A stretch of DNA of 32,000 nt from Candidatus Saccharimonadota bacterium (GCA_049511795.1 JBEKXS010000001.1:1-32000), one strand, 5' to 3'. Counted from the stretch's first letter, positions 23,953-32,000 are shown. Notes: generated from the sequence alone by a model not told the origin. Program-made: numbers and translations.

Positions 23953-24261
23953 ATGAGTAAACCTCTGGAGACAGTAATTGTTAATACAGGAGACCAACAC
24001 AAGGTTCAAAGAAAAATAGATAAATTCTTTTCTGAATTAGTAGAATTTCTTGAAAGAAATGATGGTGCAGATAGCAGGTTTTTTGAGATAAAATCCGGAA
24101 ATATTGCATATGGTGGCAGACAGGTAACAGATGATAGGGTAACTTGCTTATTTTACAGAGATACTGTTATGGCATGTGTTACTGAAACAAGAACAGAATT
24201 TAATTATGTCAGTTATAGTTTCTTTAGAAATATAAATCAAACTCCACCAGTTCGTCTTTAA
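23953..24261 (+). CDS. Hypothetical 102-aa protein
   Basis: TTTTATAAA at about 23923-23931 lies about 25 nt upstream of the ATG. I recognised no family. The 3' end overlaps the rps10 stop by 4 nt in convergent orientation. Confidence 0.45.
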   Translation: MSKPLETVIVNTGDQHKVQRKIDKFFSELVEFLERNDGADSRFFEIKSGNIAYGGRQVTDDRVTCLFYRDTVMACVTETRTEFNYVSYSFFRNINQTPPVRL

Positions 24262-24566
24262 TCCTTCATCTCTATCTTGATATTGACATTCTTAGGAATC
24301 TGCATCCTCATTATGTGATGCAAAACTTTTTCGTTTGCAGGAAGGTCTATCAGTCTTCTGTGAATTCTCATTTCAAAATTATCAAAAGTAGCTGTCCCGT
24401 TTCCACAAGGCGATTTTCTTGTCGTGATTTTCAGCCTTTTAGTAGGCAAAGGAACAGGGCCTGAAACAGCTATGCCTGCTTTTTTTGCAATATCTTTTAT
24501 GGATTCGCAAATAGCATTAATCATTTCTATGTCAGTGCTGTTTAGCTTGATTCTTACTGTTGGCAT
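24258..24566 (-). CDS. rps10: 30S ribosomal protein S10
   Basis: MPTVRIKLNSTD...SGPVPLPTKRLKITTRKSPCGNGTATFDNFEMRIHRRLIDL is the S10 pattern. The ORF track's 50-codon N-terminal extension (to 24716) overlaps serS and is rejected. Confidence 0.9.
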   Translation of the reverse strand: MPTVRIKLNSTDIEMINAICESIKDIAKKAGIAVSGPVPLPTKRLKITTRKSPCGNGTATFDNFEMRIHRRLIDLPANEKVLHHIMRMQIPKNVNIKIEMKD

Positions 24567-24587
24567 TAAATAAAATTTCAGAGGAAG

Positions 24588-24606
24588 TTTAAAAACCTTT
24601 TTATAT
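24588..24606. promoter_or_regulatory. Back-to-back TATA-like elements in the 60-nt rps10/serS divergent spacer
   Basis: TTTTTATAT at 24598-24606 is centred about 25 nt from the serS ATG (24627). GGTTTTTAAAC on the minus strand at 24588-24598 is centred about 26 nt from the rps10 ATG (24566). Confidence 0.4.
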
Positions 24607-24626
24607 GAATAAATCCTAATCAGAGC

Positions 24627-25907
24627 ATGATTGACCTTAAGGATTTGAGGGAAAGACCTGAGATTTATAGGGCAAACATGAAGAAAAAAGGGAAAGATGA
24701 GAAAAAAGTTGCCCATGTGATTTCTATTGATGAAAAATGGAGAAGCGTAAAGCCAAGAGCTGACTCTTTGCGTTCAGAAAGGAACAAAATTTCAGAGCAA
24801 ATTAATCAGGCAAAGAAACAAGGAAAGGATGCAAAAGAATTGATAAAAAGGGCGAGAGAGATTCCTGAAAAACTCAAGCAACTCGAAGAAGAAGAGAAAG
24901 AAACATACGAACAGCTGAAAAAAGCGCTTTATGAAATTCCAAACTTAATGCATAAAGATGTTCCTGTCGGGAAATCAGAAAAAGATAATCCTGTAACAAA
25001 AACTGTTGGAAAGCCAGCAAAGCTAAAATTCTCTGCAAAAAATCATGTTGAGCTTATTGAAGCTTTGGATTTAGGAGATTTTGACGCTTCTGCGAAAGTT
25101 GCAGGCAATGGATTTTATTATCTAAAAAAAGACTTGGCTCTTTTGAACAGGGCTTTGATAAATTTTGCAATAGATATTATGAACAAGAAAGGCTACCAGT
25201 ATATTGAGCCTCCTTTGATGATGAGCAGAAGAATTGCAGCTGCTGCAGGCGATTTAAATGCATTTGAAAATGCTCTTTACAAAATAGAAGGGGAAAATTT
25301 GTATCTTATCCCAACTTCAGAGCACGGAATTCTTGGAATGCTTTCGGACAAGACAATATCTGAAGACAAACTGCCTTTGAAATTCTTTGGCTATTCTATA
25401 AATTTCAGAAAAGAAGTAGGGAGCCATGGAATAAATGAAAAAGGGCTTTGGAGAACCCACCAATTCAACAAAGTTGAGCAGTTTATTTTCTGCAAGCCAA
25501 AGGATTCTTGGAAATATTATGATGAATTAAGAAAGAATTCAGAAGAAATAATGAAAAAGTTGAAGCTTCCTTATAGAATTATAGAAATCTGCACTGCAGA
25601 TCTTGGCGACTGGAAATCAAGAAGCCATGACATTGAAGTTTGGAGGCCGACTACAAAATCGTATGGAGAAGTAGCAAGCTTGAGCAATTGCACAGATTAC
25701 CAAGCAAGAGACCTTAACATTCGCGGATTGAGCAAGAAAGGGGATCGCTATATTTTGCATACCTTGAACAACACTGCTTTGGCAACTTCAAGAATAATGG
25801 TTGCAATTTTGGAAAACAATCAGCAGAAAGACGGCAGCATAAAGATTCCTTCTGTTCTGCAGAAATATATGGGCGGAAAAAAGAAGATTTCTTCATCAAA
25901 AAACTAA
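24627..25907 (+). CDS. serS: Seryl-tRNA synthetase
   Basis: The protein has an N-terminal coiled-coil arm. Class II motifs are present: FRKEVGSHG (motif 2) and TLNNTALATSRIMVAILEN (motif 3). It is 426 aa. Confidence 0.92.
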   Translation: MIDLKDLRERPEIYRANMKKKGKDEKKVAHVISIDEKWRSVKPRADSLRSERNKISEQINQAKKQGKDAKELIKRAREIPEKLKQLEEEEKETYEQLKKALYEIPNLMHKDVPVGKSEKDNPVTKTVGKPAKLKFSAKNHVELIEALDLGDFDASAKVAGNGFYYLKKDLALLNRALINFAIDIMNKKGYQYIEPPLMMSRRIAAAAGDLNAFENALYKIEGENLYLIPTSEHGILGMLSDKTISEDKLPLKFFGYSINFRKEVGSHGINEKGLWRTHQFNKVEQFIFCKPKDSWKYYDELRKNSEEIMKKLKLPYRIIEICTADLGDWKSRSHDIEVWRPTTKSYGEVASLSNCTDYQARDLNIRGLSKKGDRYILHTLNNTALATSRIMVAILENNQQKDGSIKIPSVLQKYMGGKKKISSSKN

Positions 25908-25942
25908 ACCTTTAAAAACAAATTCTCTTATTCTTTAATTAA

Positions 25943-26014
25943 GCTCACGTGGTCTAACGGCTATGACGCTAGCCTGTCGCGCTGGAAACCCGGGTCCGAT
26001 TCCCGGCGTGGGCG
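25943..26014 (+). tRNA. tRNA-Asp (anticodon GUC), no encoded CCA
   Basis: My hand fold is GCTCACG-TG-GTCT..TGAC-G-CTAGC-CTGTCGC-GCTGG-AAAC-CCGGG-TCCGATT-CCCGG-CGTGGGC-G. The acceptor stem is 7 bp with one G.U pair, and the anticodon loop CUGUCGC gives GUC. TATA-like TTTAAAAA lies about 27 nt upstream. Confidence 0.85.
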
Positions 26015-26117
26015 TGTTCTTCATAGAAAATGACTATTAGAACTTATGGAAACCTTTTTATATAATCTTCTCTTTTAAAATTAGAGTGATGACTAAAATG
26101 AGGGGTAATTATAAAAG

Positions 26118-26855
26118 ATGGTGAGAAAAAGTAAGTATCATATTTCTAACAGGCTTCTTTATACTTTAATAACAATAAGCATACTGGTAATTTTAGGTGT
26201 TGGAGTTTATGCTACTACAACAATTTCAGATAGCTCTATTTCAACTTCAATTCTAAATTCCACAACAGATGTATTTGCTTATAATAATCTTAATCTTACA
26301 ATTCCATATTATTTAGCAACAAATGGAACATTCCCATCAGCAGCAAGCATCTGGAATAATATAGGAAACGGAACAGTTGCATTTTATAATTTTGGGGCTA
26401 ATAATCATAACGGAACAGGATACTTTAATACAAGTGGGCAAGTTAATGGCTCAACTGTTTATTCTGGTTTAGAAAATTTGACAATTGCTTATCTTTTAGC
26501 AACAAATGGAACACTTATTTCAAATGCTATTTTAAATAATGGAACGTATAATGCATGGGCAAATCTAATGAATGGAACAATGGTTAACTTTACAATTCTT
26601 AACAATGGGAGTTATAGTAATATTGCAGATAGGAATAATACCTTTGCACAATTATCTGGAGCAACATTTACAGGAGCTGTTTCATTGACAAATACAACAA
26701 TAAATTATGTCTTGAATATGACAAGTGCAGGACCGACAAGTCTTCCAAACAATGGAACAGCAGGATTTTGTTTGGGAAATGGAAGCATAGCGAGAAATGA
26801 TTCAGGAGTCTGGGGCTGTCAGGCATCAAGTTTGACTTGGAAATTGATATTTTAA
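26118..26855 (+). CDS. N-terminally anchored, sequon-dense surface glycoprotein (tail-fibre-like C-terminus)
   Basis: There is one N-terminal TM helix. I count about 19 N-x-S/T sequons in 245 aa. An internal duplication reads NLTI.Y.LATNGT. QLSGATFTGAVSL resembles the tail-fibre LSGGTMTG motif. GAGGGGT lies 12 nt upstream of the ATG. Confidence 0.6.
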   Translation: MVRKSKYHISNRLLYTLITISILVILGVGVYATTTISDSSISTSILNSTTDVFAYNNLNLTIPYYLATNGTFPSAASIWNNIGNGTVAFYNFGANNHNGTGYFNTSGQVNGSTVYSGLENLTIAYLLATNGTLISNAILNNGTYNAWANLMNGTMVNFTILNNGSYSNIADRNNTFAQLSGATFTGAVSLTNTTINYVLNMTSAGPTSLPNNGTAGFCLGNGSIARNDSGVWGCQASSLTWKLIF

Positions 26856-26856
26856 A

Positions 26857-27834
26857 ATGAAAAAAAAAACTTATTTTGTAATTATATTATTCTTAAGCAT
26901 AATTTCAATTAATTTAATTTCTGCAGTAACTTTAAATTCTGGAACAATATCCTCTGCTGGATTAAATTCCACAATAAAAATTACTTTTTCTTTAACTTTT
27001 GATTTATTAAATGTATCAAATAATTCAATAACTTTTTATAATTTAAGTTATGTTCATCCATCAAGTTGTGGGCAATCTTCGTTTTATAGTGTTTATAACT
27101 ATACTAATTCAAATCAGAATACCACAATAGATAATGTATTACCAAGCATTTCTTGTGTTACAGCAGCAACTAATTCTACTAACAACCAGATGGGTCCTTC
27201 TCCTTCATCTTCTCCAGCAATATCAACCCAATCTAATTGGCAAGTAACATTAACTCCAGGAAGCGTTTCTGTATTAAATTTTTCTAATCCTATCCTTGGT
27301 TTTAGTTCTTCTCTTAGTTTAAGTGAAATGGACATAAATGTAAATCAGACAGAAAATACGAATGTTTTTGTAACCCAATATTATAATACTCCTACCGGAA
27401 TTCCTACTGAAAACTCAGGACAAGTTTATCAATATTTGCAAATAAGTCTTAGCAATTCTACAAATGTACAGCAAGCAAATTTGATTTTTAAAGTGAATAA
27501 ATCATGGATTTCTAGTAATAATTTAAATCAAAATAATATTTCTATTTACAAGTTAGACAACTCAACAAATAATCAATGGATGATACTTCCAACTACTTAT
27601 AATGGAGCCGATGCTAACTTTTATTATTATCAAACAAGTGTTAATTCATTTAGCTATTTTGCTATTATTGTATTACCACAACAGGCAGCAAATTCAGGCA
27701 ATACTATTCCAAATGGTACTCAGCAGCAGTCTCCTGTAACAACACAAAAGGAGAATTTAGAATTGGTTTTGATTTTAATATTAGTTGTTATTCTGATTGC
27801 AATATTTATTGGAAAGAGAAGAAAGAAGAAATAA
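26857..27834 (+). CDS. Archaeal surface protein with PGF-pre-PGF-like domain and C-terminal TM anchor
   Basis: ATG is 1 nt after the previous stop. It has a signal peptide and is Asn/Ser/Thr-rich. YQYLQISL...ANLIFKVNKSWISSNNL..NNISIYKLD...NQWMILPT...YYYQTSVNSFSYFAI fits the pre-PGF domain pattern. The C-terminus is LVLILILVVILIAIFIGKRRKKK. Confidence 0.65.
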   Translation: MKKKTYFVIILFLSIISINLISAVTLNSGTISSAGLNSTIKITFSLTFDLLNVSNNSITFYNLSYVHPSSCGQSSFYSVYNYTNSNQNTTIDNVLPSISCVTAATNSTNNQMGPSPSSSPAISTQSNWQVTLTPGSVSVLNFSNPILGFSSSLSLSEMDINVNQTENTNVFVTQYYNTPTGIPTENSGQVYQYLQISLSNSTNVQQANLIFKVNKSWISSNNLNQNNISIYKLDNSTNNQWMILPTTYNGADANFYYYQTSVNSFSYFAIIVLPQQAANSGNTIPNGTQQQSPVTTQKENLELVLILILVVILIAIFIGKRRKKK

Positions 27835-27959
27835 GGTTATAACCACAACTTGTAACACTAAATTATGAAGTCCAAACTTTTCTCTTGTTCTCAAAGTGGG
27901 CATTTGTAATATTGTGTAACTACTGTAATTTTTATAAATATACTAAACATAGATTATGT

Positions 27960-28871
27960 ATGAATTCAGAAAAGAGAGTAAAGGTCTTGTTAATAACTCT
28001 TTTTATTAGTCTGGTTTTTATTATTCTTCTTATCTATTTTTACACAAGTATTCAAAAACAGCACATAGTTAAAAGTTTGGTAAATGAGAGCTATTGTTCT
28101 CTTTATAATAATGATACTGTTTTGTCATTTGAAATTGATGATATAAGTTTTTCCCGATATGACTTACCTATCTTAGAGAATGCATTATTTTTGGCAAAAA
28201 AATATGGAATTACCTTTGACTTAGGTGTAATTGCTAACCAATTTAATGAAACTATGGATAATAATGTCTTTAATCTTTATCAAGACAATCAAAATTATTT
28301 TGAAGTTGTTGCACATGGATTTAATCATAAATTAGATCAGTCTATTATTGATGAATATCCTAACAACAATGTTTATGGCGAATTTTATGTTTTTTCAGCA
28401 GATACTTCAGTTCCATCAGACATTCAAGAATATCATATCAAAAATATGAAGCAGATATTTGAAGAATATAATCTTACAACTGCCACTCAAATATTTACAG
28501 TTCCTTATCATACAGGAGATTTTAACACTATTTCATTAGCTGCTAAATATGGGTATAAACTAATTATACAAAAAATAACTACACCTCAGACTTTTTCAGA
28601 AATATATTTTGGAAATATTACTAATTCCCAAGATTATATTGATATTCCTCAACAATTTAATAAAATTAATCAGAGTCAGATAGTAAGTTATACTGATCGA
28701 GTGAATGAAGCTATAAAAGAGGGTCAAAAAAGAATAGATATTACTTTGCATACTATTAATTTTGGTAACTTAACAGATATTAATTCATTTTTCAACCAAT
28801 CATTGACAACTATTAAAGAAAATAACCCAAAGGTAAGATTTGATTTTCTTTCAGACAGGTTTAGATGCTGA
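27960..28871 (+). CDS. DUF2334 / polysaccharide-deacetylase-like membrane-anchored protein
   Basis: ATG 27960 lies about 24 nt downstream of the centre of TTTTTATAAATA (27930-27941). The ORF track start at 27885 is TTG. After one TM helix come SFEIDDIS...GITFDLGVIAN...EVVAHGFNH, reminiscent of DUF2334 or NodB-like deacetylases. Confidence 0.5.
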   Translation: MNSEKRVKVLLITLFISLVFIILLIYFYTSIQKQHIVKSLVNESYCSLYNNDTVLSFEIDDISFSRYDLPILENALFLAKKYGITFDLGVIANQFNETMDNNVFNLYQDNQNYFEVVAHGFNHKLDQSIIDEYPNNNVYGEFYVFSADTSVPSDIQEYHIKNMKQIFEEYNLTTATQIFTVPYHTGDFNTISLAAKYGYKLIIQKITTPQTFSEIYFGNITNSQDYIDIPQQFNKINQSQIVSYTDRVNEAIKEGQKRIDITLHTINFGNLTDINSFFNQSLTTIKENNPKVRFDFLSDRFRC

Positions 28872-28925
28872 TAATATACATTTACATACAATAATCCTTA
28901 TAAATAAAAAATTGTAAATTTATCT

Positions 28926-29252
28926 ATGGGAATTTTAGGATTTGGGAAAAAGAAAGTAAATCTTGAACAGATGGCAAAGGATGCAATTATAGAAAGAAAA
29001 ATAACTCTTGTTGAAAATCCTCCTGATGGAGATTACATCGAGGTAACTATAAAAGGTACTGGGACCTCTGAATCAGATTACAAAGGAGCATTAGAACACT
29101 TTTCAGCTAATCTTTTGAGACTTTCTCCAGCATTAATACTCTCCTCTTCAATAAGAGATGGCACAGAAATATTATATGCAAGTATAAGCAAACCAAGAGT
29201 CAAAGCGATTTATGCTACAGGGTATGTTCCCAGAAATCCTTCAGCAGCCTGA
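28926..29252 (+). CDS. Hypothetical 108-aa protein
   Basis: TATA-like CCTTATAAATAAAA lies about 22 nt upstream. I recognised no family. Confidence 0.45.
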   Translation: MGILGFGKKKVNLEQMAKDAIIERKITLVENPPDGDYIEVTIKGTGTSESDYKGALEHFSANLLRLSPALILSSSIRDGTEILYASISKPRVKAIYATGYVPRNPSAA

Positions 29253-29328
29253 TTTTCCTTCTATTTTTCTCAACCAAAATATTTAAAAAACTTGTAGAGG
29301 GTATATCTGCATATCTAAGGAGGTTTAG

Positions 29329-29466
29329 ATGAAACACAAACACAAAAAAGACGAGAAAGAGGGAGAAGATAAGGAAAAAGAAGATGACATGGATGAAATT
29401 GTTTCTGATGAAAACGAAGATGAAGATTCCCTTGGACTTGATGATGCTGAAGACTCAGACTACTAA
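29329..29466 (+). CDS. 45-aa extremely acidic micro-protein (not in ORF track)
   Basis: A strong SD, TAAGGAGGT, lies 4-6 nt upstream of the ATG, and TATA-like ATATTTAAAAAA sits at about 29280. Translation is MKHKHKKDEKEGEDKEKEDDMDEIVSDENEDEDSLGLDDAEDSDY. Confidence 0.45.
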   Translation: MKHKHKKDEKEGEDKEKEDDMDEIVSDENEDEDSLGLDDAEDSDY

Positions 29467-29541
29467 ATCCTGAATCTTTTCTTTTAACCTTTTTATTTTA
29501 TAATCCTAAAATTTATATATAACAATTCTTTTTAACTAAAA

Positions 29542-30474
29542 ATGGGGTGGAAAGCTGTTCTTAGCTATTTGATTGGACTTCTTTTAATTGCGCTTCTTGT
29601 TTTTTACTTGATAGTGCCATTAAACAATATAGACTTTGGCTCATGGTCATCATCCGGAAACAGCAATTTCAGCATTAACAGCTCAGTCAATACAAGCATG
29701 CAATTTTATCCCAATCTCAGGTATTCTTACACAAATATTTCATACAGAATAATAAACTGCTCAATAAAAAGAATAGATGACATGAATACAGCTTTTGCAG
29801 CAATCCAAAATGTTACATCTCTGCAATTTTATCCTGTTGCAAACAATGAGCAGATTTCTGTTGCATGTGATTATGGAGCGCAGATTGCAGAAGGACAGCC
29901 AGGATATTTCATTGCAGGAGAAGGAGGGCCGACAAATATCACTGAATCTGGCATGTTTAATGTCATAAATCACGGAAGCATTTTGCTTTTGAAGGATTCA
30001 AATTGCCCTCAGCCAAATATTGCAATACACGAGCTGCTCCATGCTCTTGGCTTCAACCATTCTGCAAATCCAAACAACGTGATGTATCCTGTAAGTTCAT
30101 GCTCTCAAACAATAGGACAGGACATTCCAGACACATTAAACCAGCTTTACACATATCCTAGTCTGCCAGACCTTGCATTTGAAAATATTTCTGCTGTAAT
30201 GAACGGCCCCTATCTTAATATGAACTTCACTGTAAAAAATAATGGATTAATTGATGCGCCTGCAGCAACAGTTGATGTTTATGCAGACAATAATCATGTT
30301 TACAACATACAATTGAATCCCCTAAGTATAGGGGAAGGGAGACGAATCTTTGTAACTAGCGTTTTTGTTCTTCAGAAAAATGTAAATCAGTTGAAATTTG
30401 TTATAAATTCGGATTTTGAAGAATTGGACAAAAGCAACAATGAAGCGACACTAAATTATAATAATAGCAATTAA
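29542..30474 (+). CDS. Membrane-anchored matrixin-like metzincin zinc protease with C-terminal CARDB-like domain
   Basis: There is an N-terminal TM helix. HELLHALGFNHS is the HExxHxxGxxH metzincin motif and the downstream VMYP is a candidate Met-turn. The C-terminal PDLAFENIS...FTVKNNGLIDAPAATVDVYADN resembles a CARDB fold. TATA-like TTTATATATA lies about 25 nt upstream. Confidence 0.75.
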   Translation: MGWKAVLSYLIGLLLIALLVFYLIVPLNNIDFGSWSSSGNSNFSINSSVNTSMQFYPNLRYSYTNISYRIINCSIKRIDDMNTAFAAIQNVTSLQFYPVANNEQISVACDYGAQIAEGQPGYFIAGEGGPTNITESGMFNVINHGSILLLKDSNCPQPNIAIHELLHALGFNHSANPNNVMYPVSSCSQTIGQDIPDTLNQLYTYPSLPDLAFENISAVMNGPYLNMNFTVKNNGLIDAPAATVDVYADNNHVYNIQLNPLSIGEGRRIFVTSVFVLQKNVNQLKFVINSDFEELDKSNNEATLNYNNSN

Positions 30475-30563
30475 AGGGTTTCGTCGAGTTCTAAATCATC
30501 TATCTCTTCATCAAATTCTGCTTCTTCATCATCAAATTCTTCAATCTCTTCTTTTTTAGCCAT
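30471..30563 (-). CDS. 30-aa extremely acidic micro-protein (not in ORF track)
   Basis: Translation is MAKKEEIEEFDDEEAEFDEEIDDLELDETL. GAGG lies 8 nt upstream of the ATG and TATA-like AAATATTTAAAAAG about 60 nt upstream, both on the minus strand. Its stop overlaps the metzincin stop codon by 2 nt in convergent orientation. Confidence 0.3.
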   Translation of the reverse strand: MAKKEEIEEFDDEEAEFDEEIDDLELDETL

Positions 30564-30683
30564 TTTTTCAGCCTCGTTTCCACCTCAATTTTATTGAAAT
30601 CTTAAGAAGGATTTGCTTTTTAAATATTTCTATAGACGGAGATATAGGTTTTTTCCGTCGATAATTTTGGAGAAAATTTAAAA

Positions 30684-30740
30684 GATAAGAAAAATCCCTA
30701 CCCCGCATCGATTAAAAGTAATCGATTCTGTAAGAAAAAG
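30684..30740 (-). terminator. Candidate terminator region for the minus-strand FG-GAP operon
   Basis: On the minus strand, just after the 30756 gene stop, comes CUUUUUC. A perfect 7-bp hairpin AUCGAUU-ACUUUU-AAUCGAU (30707-30726) follows, then GGGAUUUUUCUUAUCUUUU. Oligo-U tracts are the usual archaeal termination signal. Confidence 0.35.
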
Positions 30741-30755
30741 TTGGATTCCCTAAAT

Positions 30756-31445
30756 TTAACTAAAATCAGAAACATCTAGCTCTTCTAATTTCTTACCTTT
30801 TGATGCAGTCTGCTCTGCCTTATACTTATATTTTTCCTGTTCTTCTTGGTATATTCTTAATAAAAGAGAAGGAATTAAGTTTAGCATAGCAGGTAAAGAA
30901 TCATAACGTCCTTCTTCCCTCCCATTTTTAGACATTAGAAAATCCATAAACTTTGCAGTGAATTCTTCTATAGTTCTTGCCTTTAATTTAGGAACATAAC
31001 TTTGTTTATATTTTTTCCAAGAAAGAAATTTATTAGGAAATTCATAATTCAAAAAAGATATTTCTGTTGGAGAATTTGAGTCTTTTTCAAATTTAAGTTC
31101 TATAGCATATTTTATAAAATTATCAATTCTTAAACTAAAACCTTTTTTTGATTTCTTTTTGCCAATTTCTATTCTAGCACTTTCGCCAGATAAGTCTACG
31201 GGGTAAAAGGAGTGATAATCATCTTTCAAACCTGAAATTTGGTTTCCTAATAAATAAATATTTCCTATAACTTTGGGAAGTTTTTCACGCATTAAATCCA
31301 TGTATCTGTATGATTCTTGTTCAAGATTATCTGCAACTGCTTCAGTCTCTAATTTAGTCCTTTCAACTTCGCCAATTACTCTTTCTACATTTCCTACTTC
31401 AAGAGATTGAAGTGCCTTTAGTCTTCCCTCTAAATTTTCTGTCAT
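30756..31445 (-). CDS. Hypothetical 229-aa cytoplasmic protein (coiled-coil N-terminus)
   Basis: The long ORF starts 3 nt after the upstream gene stop. It has no signal peptide and I recognised no family. Confidence 0.5.
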   Translation of the reverse strand: MTENLEGRLKALQSLEVGNVERVIGEVERTKLETEAVADNLEQESYRYMDLMREKLPKVIGNIYLLGNQISGLKDDYHSFYPVDLSGESARIEIGKKKSKKGFSLRIDNFIKYAIELKFEKDSNSPTEISFLNYEFPNKFLSWKKYKQSYVPKLKARTIEEFTAKFMDFLMSKNGREEGRYDSLPAMLNLIPSLLLRIYQEEQEKYKYKAEQTASKGKKLEELDVSDFS

Positions 31446-31448
31446 TTT

Positions 31449-31898
31449 TTATTGTGCCCTTCTAGGATAATCAAATGTTCCATTGCCCCTACCTTTTGCG
31501 AACATAGTTTTGTTTCCCCATACAGTATAAACAAGATCTGCTTTTCCATCTCCATCTAGATCCTTAACAGTAAAGTCTCTTATTGCTGCATCTGCGCCAC
31601 TATTATGATCTCTTAAAACTTCTTTTTTTGGTTCAAAGCTTCCATCTCCTTTATTGCAGGCAACATAAAAAACATAATCTACATGATAAGGTCTGTTATC
31701 AAGGTTAGGAAATTCAACTCCTTGTTCATGTTTTCCATTATGCCAGTTATAAAAGTTATCCATTTGTAAAGAAATTATATCTAATTTTCTATTTCCACAA
31801 ACATCAGCATAAACAGCAGGATATTCTCTTGGTTGATGACATGAAACACTAAGTGCAGACAATCCAGCTAATGCCAATGTTTTTAATGTTTTTGTCAT
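31449..31898 (-). CDS. FG-GAP/VCBS-repeat secreted lipoprotein
   Basis: The signal peptide has a lipobox-like LSVSC. FTVKDLDGDGKADLVYTVW is an FG-GAP/VCBS-type Ca-binding repeat. Confidence 0.6.
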   Translation of the reverse strand: MTKTLKTLALAGLSALSVSCHQPREYPAVYADVCGNRKLDIISLQMDNFYNWHNGKHEQGVEFPNLDNRPYHVDYVFYVACNKGDGSFEPKKEVLRDHNSGADAAIRDFTVKDLDGDGKADLVYTVWGNKTMFAKGRGNGTFDYPRRAQ

Positions 31899-31901
31899 TT
31901 T

Positions 31902-32000
31902 TTATTGTGCGCTTCTTACTTTTGTTAGTATAGCCTTCATATCTTCTCTTTTTCCAGAACAATCAAAAGCAATATCACCTACAAAGACATCAAGTCCGGA
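31902..32000 (-). CDS. 3' end of an upstream operon gene (partial; C-terminus ...DVFVGDIAFDCSGKREDMKAILTKVRSAQ)
   Basis: The frame is open to the window edge. It ends in ..SAQ-TAA with the same stop/spacer/start junction as the next gene pair. Confidence 0.4.
   Translation of the reverse strand, partial: SGLDVFVGDIAFDCSGKREDMKAILTKVRSAQ

Noticed and set aside
23773-24009. 78-aa minus-strand ORF
   Set aside because: It runs straight through the well-folded tRNA-Ser gene (23796-23876) and its promoter, so it is spurious.
26086-26092. GTGATGA, a box C-like motif in the spacer after tRNA-Asp (possible C/D sRNA)
   Set aside because: No CTGA box D or terminal stem lies within a plausible distance downstream. 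The region is more simply the 5' leader and SD of the 26118 gene.
30635-30659. Inverted repeat GACGGA-N13-TCCGTC in the 192-nt spacer
   Set aside because: It is only 6 bp with a 13-nt loop and has no flanking conserved motif. It probably belongs to the promoter or terminator context of the convergent and divergent genes, and is too weak to call an RNA element.
25943-32000. Integrated mobile element at tRNA-Asp
   Set aside because: I could find no integrase, transposase, or direct repeat of the tRNA 3' end in the window. Only the compositional impression remains, and that is reported as a low-weight finding instead.
1-32000. CRISPR arrays, rRNA genes, and toxin-antitoxin or known defence-system genes
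   Set aside because: I saw no regularly spaced direct repeats and no rRNA-like conserved segments. None of the hypothetical proteins showed recognisable nuclease, ATPase or defence signatures.

Overview
The window is an AT-rich archaeal chromosome segment. Archaeal identity rests on the L7Ae-S28e-L24e operon, S6e, S10, aIF2-gamma, aIF5B and Kae1. TATA-like boxes sit about 25-30 nt upstream of many start codons, suggesting leaderless or short-leader mRNAs, and GGAGGT-type Shine-Dalgarno sites occur in a few places. The small compact genes, the bacterial-type gyrase and the many secreted or glycosylated surface proteins suggest a DPANN-like lineage, but that is inference only. Housekeeping genes: a YchF/Ygr210-type GTPase, kae1, rpl7ae-rps28e-rpl24e, gyrB and gyrA, aIF2-gamma, rps6e, aIF5B, rps10, serS, tRNA-Ser(GGA) and tRNA-Asp(GUC). 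Two cell-envelope gene blocks interrupt them. Block 1-6193 holds a tail-fibre-like protein, a TolB-like propeller, a 618-aa pilin-like adhesin and TM-anchored surface proteins. Block 26118-32000 holds sequon-dense glycoproteins, a PGF-pre-PGF protein, a DUF2334-like protein, a matrixin-like metzincin and FG-GAP lipoproteins. The best candidate for something undescribed is the gyrase operon: three tightly coupled small ORFs (two zinc-ribbon proteins with extreme acidic tails and a 99-aa unknown) lie between gyrB and gyrA. Other notable items are a 169-aa minimal Pol X (ASFV Pol X-like architecture) in an operon with an HExxH peptidase and a DUF192 protein, a textbook K-turn hairpin in the rpl7ae leader, an HPF/RaiA-like protein, a PC4-like ssDNA-binding protein with an SSB-like acidic tip, an aIF2-gamma without its zinc knuckle, and several unannotated micro-ORFs. 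I saw no CRISPR array, transposase, integrase or rRNA. All family assignments come from motif recognition by eye and need profile searches to confirm.
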